From IMG/VR virus record IMGVR_UViG_3300037467_001254, positions 1-43,320 of that record: 43,320 nucleotides of DNA; one strand, written 5' to 3'. A program made the translations under genes and the position numbers. Every line of letters starts with the position of its first letter. Positions within the stretch are counted from its first letter, which is position 1. This document shows, piece by piece, positions 30,496 to 39,171 of this stretch. This DNA is from a virus. Under the pieces are notes generated by a model. That model was given only the letters and a program-made list of their open reading frames with translations. It had not been told where the DNA came from and searched no databases.

Positions 30496-31737
30496 ATGGC
30501 AAACACTACCCTGACTGCGGACATCATCGCCAAGGAAGCGGTGATGATCCTCGACAACGAACTCGTCATGGCCAAGAAGGTATTTCGCGGCTACGAGAAC
30601 GAGTTCGACAAGAAGATCAACGGCTACACCGTGGGCGAAACGATCTCGATCCGCAAGCCGACTGACTTCACCGTCCGCACCAATGCCACCATGGCGGTGC
30701 AGGACGTGACGGAAGGCAAGACCAGCCTCAAAGTCGATCAGCGTCGTGGCGTCGATTTCGAGTTCACGTCGCAGGACCTGACCCTCAAGATCGGTGAACT
30801 GTCCGAACGCGTCATCAAGCCGGCCATGGTCCAGCTTGCCAACTCGGTCGACACCTATCTGACCGGCCTCTATGCCGATGTGCCCAATTGGGTCGGCACG
30901 CCTGGCCAGGTCATCAACTCCTTCTCGGACTTCTATGCCGGCAAGGAGCGCCTGATGGAAATGGCGGTCCCGACCGACAGCCTGTCTTCTGTCCTGTCAC
31001 CTGCGGACGAGGCTGGCATGCTCGGCTCTCAGACCTCCCTCTACATTCAGGCAGCGGCCAAGGACGCCTATCGGTCCGGTAGCCTTGGCATGATCGGCGG
31101 CGTCGATACCAACATGTCGCAGAACATCCGCACGCATACCGTGGGCGTTGCCACCGGTACGCCTCTGGTGAACGGCGCCAATCAGACCTCGGCCTACGCC
31201 GATGTCAAGGACACGAACACTCAGACGCTGAATACCGATGGCTGGACCAACTCCACCACCGGCATTCTGAAAAAGGGTGACGTGTTCACCATTGCCGGCG
31301 TCTACGCCGTCAACCCGGTGACGAAGGCGGTGCTGCCGTTCCTCAAGCAGTTCACCGTGACTGCCGATGCGGACTCCGGGGCGTCGACGGGGCCTGCCGC
31401 GCTGACGATCAGGCCGGCCATCATCACCAGCGGAGCGTTCCAGAACGCATCCGCTGCGCCGGCAGACAACGCGGCGATCACCGTCATGGGTACGGGCGGC
31501 GCGAACTACCGCCAGAACCTGATGTTCCATCGCAATGCGTTCGCGCTGGCGATGGTGCCTCTGGTTTCGCCTCCCGGCGCGGTGGACGTGTCGCGGCAGT
31601 CCTACAAGGGCACCAGCGTGCGCATCATCCCGGTGTACGACGGCACGAACGACAAGTCGGCCTGGCGCTGCGATATCCTGTTCGGTGCCAAGACCATCGA
31701 TCCTCGCCTCGCTATCCGTCATTCGGGCGCGGCGTAA
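30496..31737 (+). CDS. Major capsid protein, P22 coat (gp5) family
   Basis: GGAG SD. MANTTLTADIIAKEAVMILDNELVMAKKVFRGYENEFDKKINGYTVGETISIRKP N-terminus is typical of the family. Confidence 0.85.
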   Translation: MANTTLTADIIAKEAVMILDNELVMAKKVFRGYENEFDKKINGYTVGETISIRKPTDFTVRTNATMAVQDVTEGKTSLKVDQRRGVDFEFTSQDLTLKIGELSERVIKPAMVQLANSVDTYLTGLYADVPNWVGTPGQVINSFSDFYAGKERLMEMAVPTDSLSSVLSPADEAGMLGSQTSLYIQAAAKDAYRSGSLGMIGGVDTNMSQNIRTHTVGVATGTPLVNGANQTSAYADVKDTNTQTLNTDGWTNSTTGILKKGDVFTIAGVYAVNPVTKAVLPFLKQFTVTADADSGASTGPAALTIRPAIITSGAFQNASAAPADNAAITVMGTGGANYRQNLMFHRNAFALAMVPLVSPPGAVDVSRQSYKGTSVRIIPVYDGTNDKSAWRCDILFGAKTIDPRLAIRHSGAA

Positions 31738-31747
31738 CAACGATAAG

Positions 31748-31778
31748 GGGGCTGGCTTCGGCTGGCCCCTTTCATTTT
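31748..31778 (+). terminator. Intrinsic terminator/attenuator after the coat gene
   Basis: GGGGCTGGC-TTCG-GCTGGCCCC (9 bp including two G-U pairs, UUCG loop) followed by TTTCATTTT. Confidence 0.65.
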
Positions 31779-31793
31779 GCGCGAGGGTGAGAC

Positions 31794-32432
31794 ATGGCGA
31801 TCACCAACTACACCGAGTTGCAGCAGGCCGTATCCGACTGGATGGCCCGCGCTGACGTGCTCGGCAACGCGACGGATTTCATCTCCCTGGCTGAGGCGTG
31901 GCTAAACCGCGAACTCAACCCGGTTGAGGTTGACGCATCCCTAACCGGTGTTCTCGGCTCCCGAGCCATCGATATTTCGTCGCTGGCCATGGTCGAGCCG
32001 ATTGCGCTCTATCTCAAGGATACGGGCGGCGAATTGCGGCTTTTGCCGAGGGCGGAGGGCACGTTTCCGCATCTCGACAGCATCGGCAAACCAGCCATTT
32101 GGACTATTGACGGCGACAGCATCGGTTTCAACCGCCCGTGCGATCAGGCCTACGATTTTCGCTTTCGCTACAAGCAGAAATTCACCCTTTCCGATAGCGC
32201 CGCGACGAACTGGCTGCTTTCCGAGCATCCCGACGTGTATCTCGCGGCCTCACTCATGTGGGGCGGCGTATTCACGCAGGATGGCAACTATGCCGCATCG
32301 TTCAAGGCCGTGCTGGACGATACGATCCCATCCATTCGCAGCGCCATCGCACAGAAAAAGCGTGGCGAGTTGATGGTTGATCCTGCCTTGTCATCGATCA
32401 GCCAGCGCCGCCATGGGTGGGATTTCGCGTGA
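31794..32432 (+). CDS. Head-tail adaptor/connector candidate (212 aa)
   Basis: Call is by position after the coat gene only. Confidence 0.45.
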   Translation: MAITNYTELQQAVSDWMARADVLGNATDFISLAEAWLNRELNPVEVDASLTGVLGSRAIDISSLAMVEPIALYLKDTGGELRLLPRAEGTFPHLDSIGKPAIWTIDGDSIGFNRPCDQAYDFRFRYKQKFTLSDSAATNWLLSEHPDVYLAASLMWGGVFTQDGNYAASFKAVLDDTIPSIRSAIAQKKRGELMVDPALSSISQRRHGWDFA

Positions 32433-33874
32433 TCCAGTTCGCCCCATTCGAGCCGGATCGCACCAAATACGCGCTCGATGCTTCGACATCATTGGTCAAC
32501 GCTATTCCGGTCAAGGATGGCTGGGGGCCGCTGCCTGATCTCGTACCCTTGTCGCAAGCCCTGCCGTCCGGGGCCATGGGCGGATGGTCGGTCAGAAAGC
32601 AGGATGGCACGTATCGGACCTTCGCCGCGACCGCGACGGCGATCTATGAACTGAGCGGGACGGACTATTCATGGGGAGACGTGTCAGGGCCTTCGGCTCC
32701 ATACGCATGTCCAGCCGGCGACCGCTGGAGCGCGACCAAATATGGCCAGTTGCTCATTGTCTGCAATCTCGGCGGGCCGATCCAGTACATCGACATCGAC
32801 ACGGGAACGGCCTTTGCCGATCTGCCAGGCTCCCCGCCTGTAGCGCGCTATCTTGCGACCGTGGGCGAATATCTGGCCCTCGGGTATCTCAGCGGGCATC
32901 CGAACCGCTTCATGCTGTCCGGGATTGGTGACGCCAGTTTCTGGACCCTCGGCCAACGCGGTTGCGACTTGCAGGACTTCGCGGACGGCGAGGAAATCAT
33001 GAACATCCAGGGCGGCGAGCGGGGCGCAATCCTGTCGCATCGGACCGCCTTTACCGAAGTGGCTCTTACGTCTGGCGGGGATTACTCATTCACGACACGG
33101 GTTATCAACCCGTCACGGGGCGTGGTCGCCCCTCTCTCGGTTGTTCCAATCGGGCCGGGCGTGTTCTGCTACCTCGCGCAGGACGGCTTCTTCATGAACG
33201 TGGAGGGGACGCCAATCGGCGCGGAGCGCGTCGATATGTGGTTTCAGGACCTGATCGACAGCCAGTATATCCGGGAGGTTCGGGGCTTCCCCGATCCATT
33301 CCGCAAAATCGCATGGTGGCAGTTCCAGGACGCGACGGGGAGAAAGTATCTCCTTGGCTATCACTGGCAGTTGGACCGCTGGTGCCTCGCGGACAGCAAT
33401 GTGTCGGAAATGGGGGTTATCGCCACTCCCGGCATCACGTGGGACGGCATGGATGCGCTGTTTCCGGATTGGGACAGCGCCGACGTTCCATGGGATAGCG
33501 CGATCCTGTCGGGCGGCGCGCAGCGGTTCGCGGCATTCGATACCAGCAATCGTCTCGGCTTCTTCACGGGCCTTCCGAGGGCCGCAAGGCTGGTCACGGC
33601 TGACGTGGAACTCAATCCCGGCGCTCGATCCTTTCTGCAACAGGCGAGGGTCTACACGGATTCTCCGGCCTTCACGCTGCGGGTGGTCACTTCCGACCGG
33701 CATGGAGGGCCAAGGACGACCGGCAGCGCCGTTTCGCCATATGGGACAACCGGGATTTGCCATTTCCGATCTTCGGGCCTGCTCCATGCCTTCCAGATGG
33801 ATATCCCGGCCGGGACCGATTGGGATCACGTCATGGGCCTTGAGGCCGTAGCACGCCGGGAGGGCCAGCGATGA
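32417..33874 (+). CDS. Tail hub/nozzle-type structural protein candidate (485 aa)
   Basis: GTG start. Large beta-rich protein in the tail module. Confidence 0.45.
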   Translation: MGFRVIQFAPFEPDRTKYALDASTSLVNAIPVKDGWGPLPDLVPLSQALPSGAMGGWSVRKQDGTYRTFAATATAIYELSGTDYSWGDVSGPSAPYACPAGDRWSATKYGQLLIVCNLGGPIQYIDIDTGTAFADLPGSPPVARYLATVGEYLALGYLSGHPNRFMLSGIGDASFWTLGQRGCDLQDFADGEEIMNIQGGERGAILSHRTAFTEVALTSGGDYSFTTRVINPSRGVVAPLSVVPIGPGVFCYLAQDGFFMNVEGTPIGAERVDMWFQDLIDSQYIREVRGFPDPFRKIAWWQFQDATGRKYLLGYHWQLDRWCLADSNVSEMGVIATPGITWDGMDALFPDWDSADVPWDSAILSGGAQRFAAFDTSNRLGFFTGLPRAARLVTADVELNPGARSFLQQARVYTDSPAFTLRVVTSDRHGGPRTTGSAVSPYGTTGICHFRSSGLLHAFQMDIPAGTDWDHVMGLEAVARREGQR

Positions 33875-34245
33875 GCATTGTCGTTCCCGTCGCCGGCAAT
33901 ATCCAGCAACCGGCATCGCTCAAGCTTCCTGACACGGCCATAAATGACGTGCTGGCACTGTCCGTGGACACGACGGGCGGCATCACCACGGTTGTGGGGC
34001 TTATCATTGTCAACCAGGACACGGCCGCGCAATTGGTGACTGTGTGGTGGAACGACGGCGTTGCCGATCATGCCATTTTCGAGCGATCGGTTCCGGCCAA
34101 CGATACGGTGACGGTCGCGCTCGATGCGCCAATCGTCCTTTATACCAAGGCGGCAGCCAAGAAGATCAGGGCGCAGGCCGCAAAGGCTGGTGTGGTCACT
34201 GTGACAGCGCTCTACACCCTGGCAAGTCAGAGGGCGCAGGCATGA
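33871..34245 (+). CDS. Virion-module hypothetical protein (124 aa)
   Basis: ATGA coupling. Confidence 0.55.
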   Translation: MSIVVPVAGNIQQPASLKLPDTAINDVLALSVDTTGGITTVVGLIIVNQDTAAQLVTVWWNDGVADHAIFERSVPANDTVTVALDAPIVLYTKAAAKKIRAQAAKAGVVTVTALYTLASQRAQA

Positions 34246-34655
34246 GGGTTACTCTCGTCCCGGTGCATCTTGTCGACCCTATATGGCCCAGCGTCACGAA
34301 AGGCTTTCAGCGGGCGTCGGCGCGGTTTGGCGGCGACCTGACCGTTGGCGAACTGTGGCAACTGTGCCGATCCGGCTACGCCTTTCTGTTCGTGGTGCAT
34401 GACGACAGGGAAATCGTCGCGGCAACCGCATGGCGGCCCGAGCAATGGGGCAGCGGCCCGAAATTCCGATGCCTGGCACTCTATGGCAAAGGCATGTCCG
34501 ACTGGATGCCCGATCTCCACGAAAAGGTGAGGCAGACGGCAATCCAGTGCGGGGCGGCGTCTCTCATGTCGGACGGGCGCGTCGGTTGGAAGAAGGTTTT
34601 CCCGGGGGCCAGGGTGCTCAGGGCGGTTTACGAGGAGCCTATCGATGGGCGGTAG
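34242..34655 (+). CDS. Virion-module hypothetical protein (137 aa)
   Basis: The ATG at 34242 overlaps the upstream stop. Confidence 0.55.
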   Translation: MRVTLVPVHLVDPIWPSVTKGFQRASARFGGDLTVGELWQLCRSGYAFLFVVHDDREIVAATAWRPEQWGSGPKFRCLALYGKGMSDWMPDLHEKVRQTAIQCGAASLMSDGRVGWKKVFPGARVLRAVYEEPIDGR

Positions 34656-35484
34656 CAGCGGCACCACGACGACAACCAGCAATCAGCCCTACAAGGCTTC
34701 CGAACCGCTTCTTAAGCAGGGCATGGGCGATGCGCTCAGCCTGTACAAGAACGGTGCGCTGGTCCAGCCAAACACGATGAGCACGGTCGTGCCCTACGCC
34801 CAGCAGACCACCGAAGGCATGGGCGCGTTGCAGAACATCGCGCAGAACAACATGGGCGGGCAGGGCCTCTCCGGGCAGTTGCAAGGCATCATCAATGGCG
34901 GCGGCTATAATCAGGACCAGCAGACGGCTTTGGAAGGCATCCGAAACACAGCGACGGGCGCTTTCGACATCAACGCCGATCCCGGCTTTCAGCAGGTGCT
35001 CGACAAGACGCAGAACATGGTCAACCAGAATGCGGCCGGCCTTGGCCGGTATGGTTCGGGCACGCATACCGGCGTCATGACACAGGAGCTGGGCGACCTC
35101 GGTGCCAGGCAGTTTCAGGACTGGCAGAACCGCAGGGATGCGGCGCAAACGCAGCTGTTCAATGCCGGCCAGCAGGCGCAGGGCAACATGTCGTCGGCCT
35201 ACGACAGTATGAAGGCTCCCATCACCGACCTGATGGGCGTCGGCAGCATGAACGAGGATCTGTATGGCCGCGCCCTGAACGATCAGTTGCGCATTGCCAA
35301 CGAACAGGCAAACGCACCGCTCAGTAATATCCTCGCTCTCAACAGCGTGGCTGGGGGCGCTGGCAGTTTCGGGACTCAATCACAAAGATCGCAGGGGCCA
35401 TCCAACACCTTGAGCAATATAGCCGGTGCGGGGCTGGGCGCGATGAGTATGGGCAATTCTGCGTCCAGCAAACCGAAAATCTGA
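34645..35484 (+). CDS. Internal virion/ejection protein candidate (Gly/Gln/Asn-rich, 279 aa)
   Basis: Composition and position. Confidence 0.5.
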   Translation: MGGSSGTTTTTSNQPYKASEPLLKQGMGDALSLYKNGALVQPNTMSTVVPYAQQTTEGMGALQNIAQNNMGGQGLSGQLQGIINGGGYNQDQQTALEGIRNTATGAFDINADPGFQQVLDKTQNMVNQNAAGLGRYGSGTHTGVMTQELGDLGARQFQDWQNRRDAAQTQLFNAGQQAQGNMSSAYDSMKAPITDLMGVGSMNEDLYGRALNDQLRIANEQANAPLSNILALNSVAGGAGSFGTQSQRSQGPSNTLSNIAGAGLGAMSMGNSASSKPKI

Positions 35485-35494
35485 GAGGCACGAC

Positions 35495-35734
35495 ATGGGC
35501 GGATCATCTGGCGGCGGTGGCAAGAAAACGCCGAAAACCACGATCATGGACAGGCCGACGATCACGGTTCCCGGCTCGATGCCGGGGCAGTTGGACGCGC
35601 TCTCGGCCCAACTGGCGGCAGGCTACGGACAGTCGCAGCCCGACATCATGGCGCTGCTCAGCCAGGTCTACCAGCCCATGAAACTGCCGGATTACAGCCA
35701 GCCGTTCAAAATCCCGGACGCTCCGAAGAAGTGA
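35495..35734 (+). CDS. Small virion-module protein (79 aa)
   Basis: Shares the MGGSSG N-terminus with the preceding protein. Confidence 0.5.
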   Translation: MGGSSGGGGKKTPKTTIMDRPTITVPGSMPGQLDALSAQLAAGYGQSQPDIMALLSQVYQPMKLPDYSQPFKIPDAPKK

Positions 35735-35743
35735 GGCAGGCAA

Positions 35744-36787
35744 ATGGCCAATAGTTTCCTCCAAACCCTGCTTTCGCCCGAAGTCGCCATGCCGATGGCG
35801 CAGGCGCTCATGGGACAGCAGGGCAACATGGCCAATTTCGGCAATGCGCTGGGTGCATACGGAACGGCACAGGCCCAGCGTGCCGGCCAGAACAAGACGC
35901 TGGAGTATTTCCGCCAGAACGCGCCGGAATTTGCCGCCATGGTGGAGTCCGGTATGCCGATGGATCAGGCGTGGCAGACCTATGCCAAGCAGCGATTCGC
36001 ACAGCAGGCCGATCCGTACCTGTCGGTCGGCGGCAAGATTTTCAACAAGCAGGACCAGTCGTGGATTTCGCCTCCATCTGATCCGAATGCAGCGCCTGAA
36101 ACGGGCCTCGTCCCTCAGATGATGAAGGATGAACAAGGAAATACGATTTTCGTGCAGCCTACGAAGGATGGTCGGTTGGTGCGTTCTCAGGTGCCGGAAG
36201 GTTTCCAGCCGTACGATCCCTATGCGAAGGCGTATGAAACCGGGCGCGGGACGACCGAGGGCAAGGGTATAGGGGAGCGCAACCTTGGCCAGCCACAGGC
36301 GGAAATGGCGCTTGGTTCGGCTGTGAGCGGGCTTGATCGCCTGGAGAACGTCGCGACCGAGATCAGGAATGATCCGGCGCTCAGTCGCATCACGGGTGTG
36401 ATGGGCATGATCCCGAACTATCCGGGCAGCGCGGCATCTGGTGTCCAATCAAAGCTCCAGACCTTGAAGTCGCAGGTCAGCTTTACCGTCCTCCAAGCCA
36501 TGCGTGATGCTTCCAAGACTGGCGGCGCGCTCGGTCAGGTTTCCGACAAGGAAAACGAGCTGCTGCAAAACAATCTCGCTGCCCTAAACCAGGCGCAGTC
36601 GGTCGAGGATTTTCAGCGCGAACTCGACAAGATCATTGAGTTCACGCGCGGAGCAAAGCAGCGGTTGCAAGGGGCGTACAATCAGACCTATGGCGGCACT
36701 TCAAATGCGCCGCAGGCAATGCCGAGTGGCGCGGCCCCGGCCGGCGGCGTTGTAGATTACCGCGACTATTTCCCCGGAGGGCAGTAA
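35744..36787 (+). CDS. Internal virion/ejection protein candidate (347 aa)
   Basis: Position and composition. Confidence 0.5.
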   Translation: MANSFLQTLLSPEVAMPMAQALMGQQGNMANFGNALGAYGTAQAQRAGQNKTLEYFRQNAPEFAAMVESGMPMDQAWQTYAKQRFAQQADPYLSVGGKIFNKQDQSWISPPSDPNAAPETGLVPQMMKDEQGNTIFVQPTKDGRLVRSQVPEGFQPYDPYAKAYETGRGTTEGKGIGERNLGQPQAEMALGSAVSGLDRLENVATEIRNDPALSRITGVMGMIPNYPGSAASGVQSKLQTLKSQVSFTVLQAMRDASKTGGALGQVSDKENELLQNNLAALNQAQSVEDFQRELDKIIEFTRGAKQRLQGAYNQTYGGTSNAPQAMPSGAAPAGGVVDYRDYFPGGQ

Positions 36788-38473
36788 ATGCCTCAGGTTC
36801 GCATGCCCGATGGCGTGGTCGTCGCTTTCCCCGACGACATGCCGGCCGAACAGATCAAGGGCCTGATCGCCAGCAAGTTTCCGCAGGTTGCGGGCGGCGG
36901 CCAGCAGCCATCCGATGCCTACAACCAGGCTGCGTCCGAAATGTCGGGCATCACGCGCAGCATGGATAATGGCGTGGAAGGCAACCCCGTCGCTGATAAG
37001 CAGCGCGCTCAGTATGATGCGCTTCCGGCGTGGCAGAAACCGCTTGTGGCTGGCAGTGATATCCTCCAGACATTCGCCAACGGCGCTACCTTCGGCTTCG
37101 GGGATAAAGCTGTAGCTGCGGCGCGCGCTCCGTTCACCGACAAGACCTATGCCCAGGAACTGGCGGCGGCTCGTAACCAGACGCAAGCGGCGCGCAATCG
37201 AGCCGGCGGGGCTGCGACGACGGCAGAGATTGCCGGCGCGGTTGCCGTCCCTCTCAAGGCGGCGAGCAAGGGTGCTACGCTTGCCGGCAGGTTCGGCACG
37301 GCAGGACTGACGGGCGCGAAGGGCCTAGCAGCCAGAACAGCCCTGATGGGCGCGGAAGGTGCTGGCTATGGCGGTTTGACGGCTGCCGGCAACGATCAGG
37401 ATGTCGGCGCAGGAACGGCCATTGGCGCGGCAGGCGGCGTCCTCGGCAATCTTGCCGGTGAAGCGATCAGCGCAGGCGTCAGCAAGGTTGCCGGGGCATT
37501 CAATCCTAAGGTTCCACAGCCTACCGTTGCCGAACTCAAAGCGGCGGGAGGCGCAGCCTTCAATAGGGCCGATAGGGCCGGCGTCGTTTTCAACAAGCAG
37601 GCGGTTGGCCAGCTACAGCGGAACATCGTGGACGACCTGACGGGCTTGGCTTTCCATCCGCAGAACGAGCCTGGAGCCGTGGCAGCGTTGAACACGTTGC
37701 GCCAGATCAGCAAGGGCAACGTCACGATGAAGGGCCTGCACGCCGTCCGCAAGATGGCGCAGAATGGCTACATCCCCGGCAACAACTCTAACAATGCGGC
37801 CATCGGCAAGATTGTCGAGCGCATTGACGAACTCATCAATGCAGCCGATCCGGCGTCTGTTCTCATGTCTACCGGCAACCCCAAAGCGGCGGCAGCGGCT
37901 TTCAACGAAGGGAAAAAACACTGGCATCGCGCCATGAAGCTGGAGACGGTCGAAAAGGCCATCACTCGCGGCGCGCAGAACGCGGATGCGCAGGTCAGTG
38001 GCGATGTTGGTCGCACTACCATGGGTCAGTTGAAAAAGGTGCTCCAAAGCGAAGCCAAGACGCGGGGATTTTCACCGGCTGAGTTGAAGGCCCTCGGTAA
38101 AGCGTCGGGGTATTCAACTGGCCAGCGCGTAGCCCATGCAGTAGGCGGGTTGATGCCGCGCGGACGGTTGCTTTCCAGTATCCACGGAGCGCTTGCTCTC
38201 GGCACGGGCGGCGCTTCCATTCCTATGCAGGCAGCCGGCGCGGCTGTTGGGTATGGCGCTCAGAAAACCGCAGAAATGATCGCGAGGAAGTCAGTCTCCG
38301 AATTGACCAGCCTCATCGCGAATGGCGGCGTTCCGCCGGCGGTGATGAAGAACGCGGTTCAGCTTCTTTCCGAGGCGAAACGCCAAGGGCTTGCGCGTGC
38401 TCTCAATGCTATCGCCGTCAACCGAGGGAATGCCTGGTATAATCAGCCAAGCCATCAGGAACAGCCACAGTAG
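36788..38473 (+). CDS. Internal virion/ejection protein candidate (561 aa, Ala/Gly-rich)
   Basis: Position and composition. The 3' 183 nt overlap a convergent ORF. Confidence 0.5.
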   Translation: MPQVRMPDGVVVAFPDDMPAEQIKGLIASKFPQVAGGGQQPSDAYNQAASEMSGITRSMDNGVEGNPVADKQRAQYDALPAWQKPLVAGSDILQTFANGATFGFGDKAVAAARAPFTDKTYAQELAAARNQTQAARNRAGGAATTAEIAGAVAVPLKAASKGATLAGRFGTAGLTGAKGLAARTALMGAEGAGYGGLTAAGNDQDVGAGTAIGAAGGVLGNLAGEAISAGVSKVAGAFNPKVPQPTVAELKAAGGAAFNRADRAGVVFNKQAVGQLQRNIVDDLTGLAFHPQNEPGAVAALNTLRQISKGNVTMKGLHAVRKMAQNGYIPGNNSNNAAIGKIVERIDELINAADPASVLMSTGNPKAAAAAFNEGKKHWHRAMKLETVEKAITRGAQNADAQVSGDVGRTTMGQLKKVLQSEAKTRGFSPAELKALGKASGYSTGQRVAHAVGGLMPRGRLLSSIHGALALGTGGASIPMQAAGAAVGYGAQKTAEMIARKSVSELTSLIANGGVPPAVMKNAVQLLSEAKRQGLARALNAIAVNRGNAWYNQPSHQEQPQ

Positions 38474-38650
38474 AACAAATGGGACGTTCCATAGGTCGAA
38501 CTTCTCACCAGGGTACATTCGGAAATAGGTCATGCTGGCGAAGGAAATAGCCAGCATCAGCATAAGGGTGATCCGGCCCGACCAAATTGCGACAAGCAGT
38601 GGTCGGCGGAATTCTCCGGGATCGTGTTCGATGGTGGGCGGCTTGGTCAT
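38291..38650 (-). CDS. Integral membrane protein (119 aa), last gene of the envelope moron
   Basis: Helices LLVAIWSGRITLMLMLAISFASMTYF and VPFVLLWLFLMAWLIIPGI. 4-nt overlap with the upstream lipoprotein gene. Confidence 0.55.
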   Translation of the reverse strand: MTKPPTIEHDPGEFRRPLLVAIWSGRITLMLMLAISFASMTYFRMYPGEKFDLWNVPFVLLWLFLMAWLIIPGIPSVDGDSIESTRKPLAFRLGKKLNRVLHHRRRNAAIRDEAGQFGD

Positions 38651-38889
38651 TTAATCCCACACCCGTCGTTGTCACAGCGTGTAGTGTAAAACTGCTGCAA
38701 ATCCTGTGATTGGTAGGTGCAGGAGATGAGATACCCGTCCTGCTTGACGCTATCTACCAATTCCCACCCGTTTCCGTCTTGGCCCTCGCATATGACGAAG
38801 TAGTGTTTCGGCTTGTTGTCACACCCGCTCAAGGCGGTCAACGCCAATAGCGATGCTGCTACTGCCAACTTCATTTGCAGGGTGCCCAT
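38647..38889 (-). CDS. Lipoprotein (80 aa)
   Basis: Lipobox LSGC. Five further Cys residues. About 50% G+C locally by hand count. Confidence 0.65.
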   Translation of the reverse strand: MGTLQMKLAVAASLLALTALSGCDNKPKHYFVICEGQDGNGWELVDSVKQDGYLISCTYQSQDLQQFYTTRCDNDGCGIK

Positions 38890-39122
38890 TCCTGTTCAGC
38901 CGTGCCGAAGCAGTAGCCGTTCGCCTTCAACTCTTTCTCCAACTTCGCCCGCTCGGCACACGCCGCGTCGTTATCCTTCTTTGAAAGGTCTGTCCCATCC
39001 GGGGTCTGCCCCAACCGGCAGAGTTCGTGAACGGAATACCATTCCGCAGCCGTAACAGGGCCGCTGAAAGCGAAAGCCGTGGCCGGTGCGAGAAGTAGAG
39101 CGAAAATCGCCAAGAAACGCAT
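38871..39122 (-). CDS. Secreted Cys-containing protein (83 aa)
   Basis: Signal peptide MRFLAIFALLLAPATAFA. GGGGG SD. Confidence 0.65.
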   Translation of the reverse strand: MRFLAIFALLLAPATAFAFSGPVTAAEWYSVHELCRLGQTPDGTDLSKKDNDAACAERAKLEKELKANGYCFGTAEQEWAPCK

Positions 39123-39142
39123 GAAAGCCCCCTAACGGCTCA

Positions 39143-39171
39143 ATAGTAGTCATGACCTCGAAGGTTGACAA
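39143..39171 (-). promoter_or_regulatory. Candidate sigma70-type promoter of the envelope moron
   Basis: The minus strand reads TTGTCA-17 nt-TACTAT, about 20 nt upstream of the 39122 start. Confidence 0.5.
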
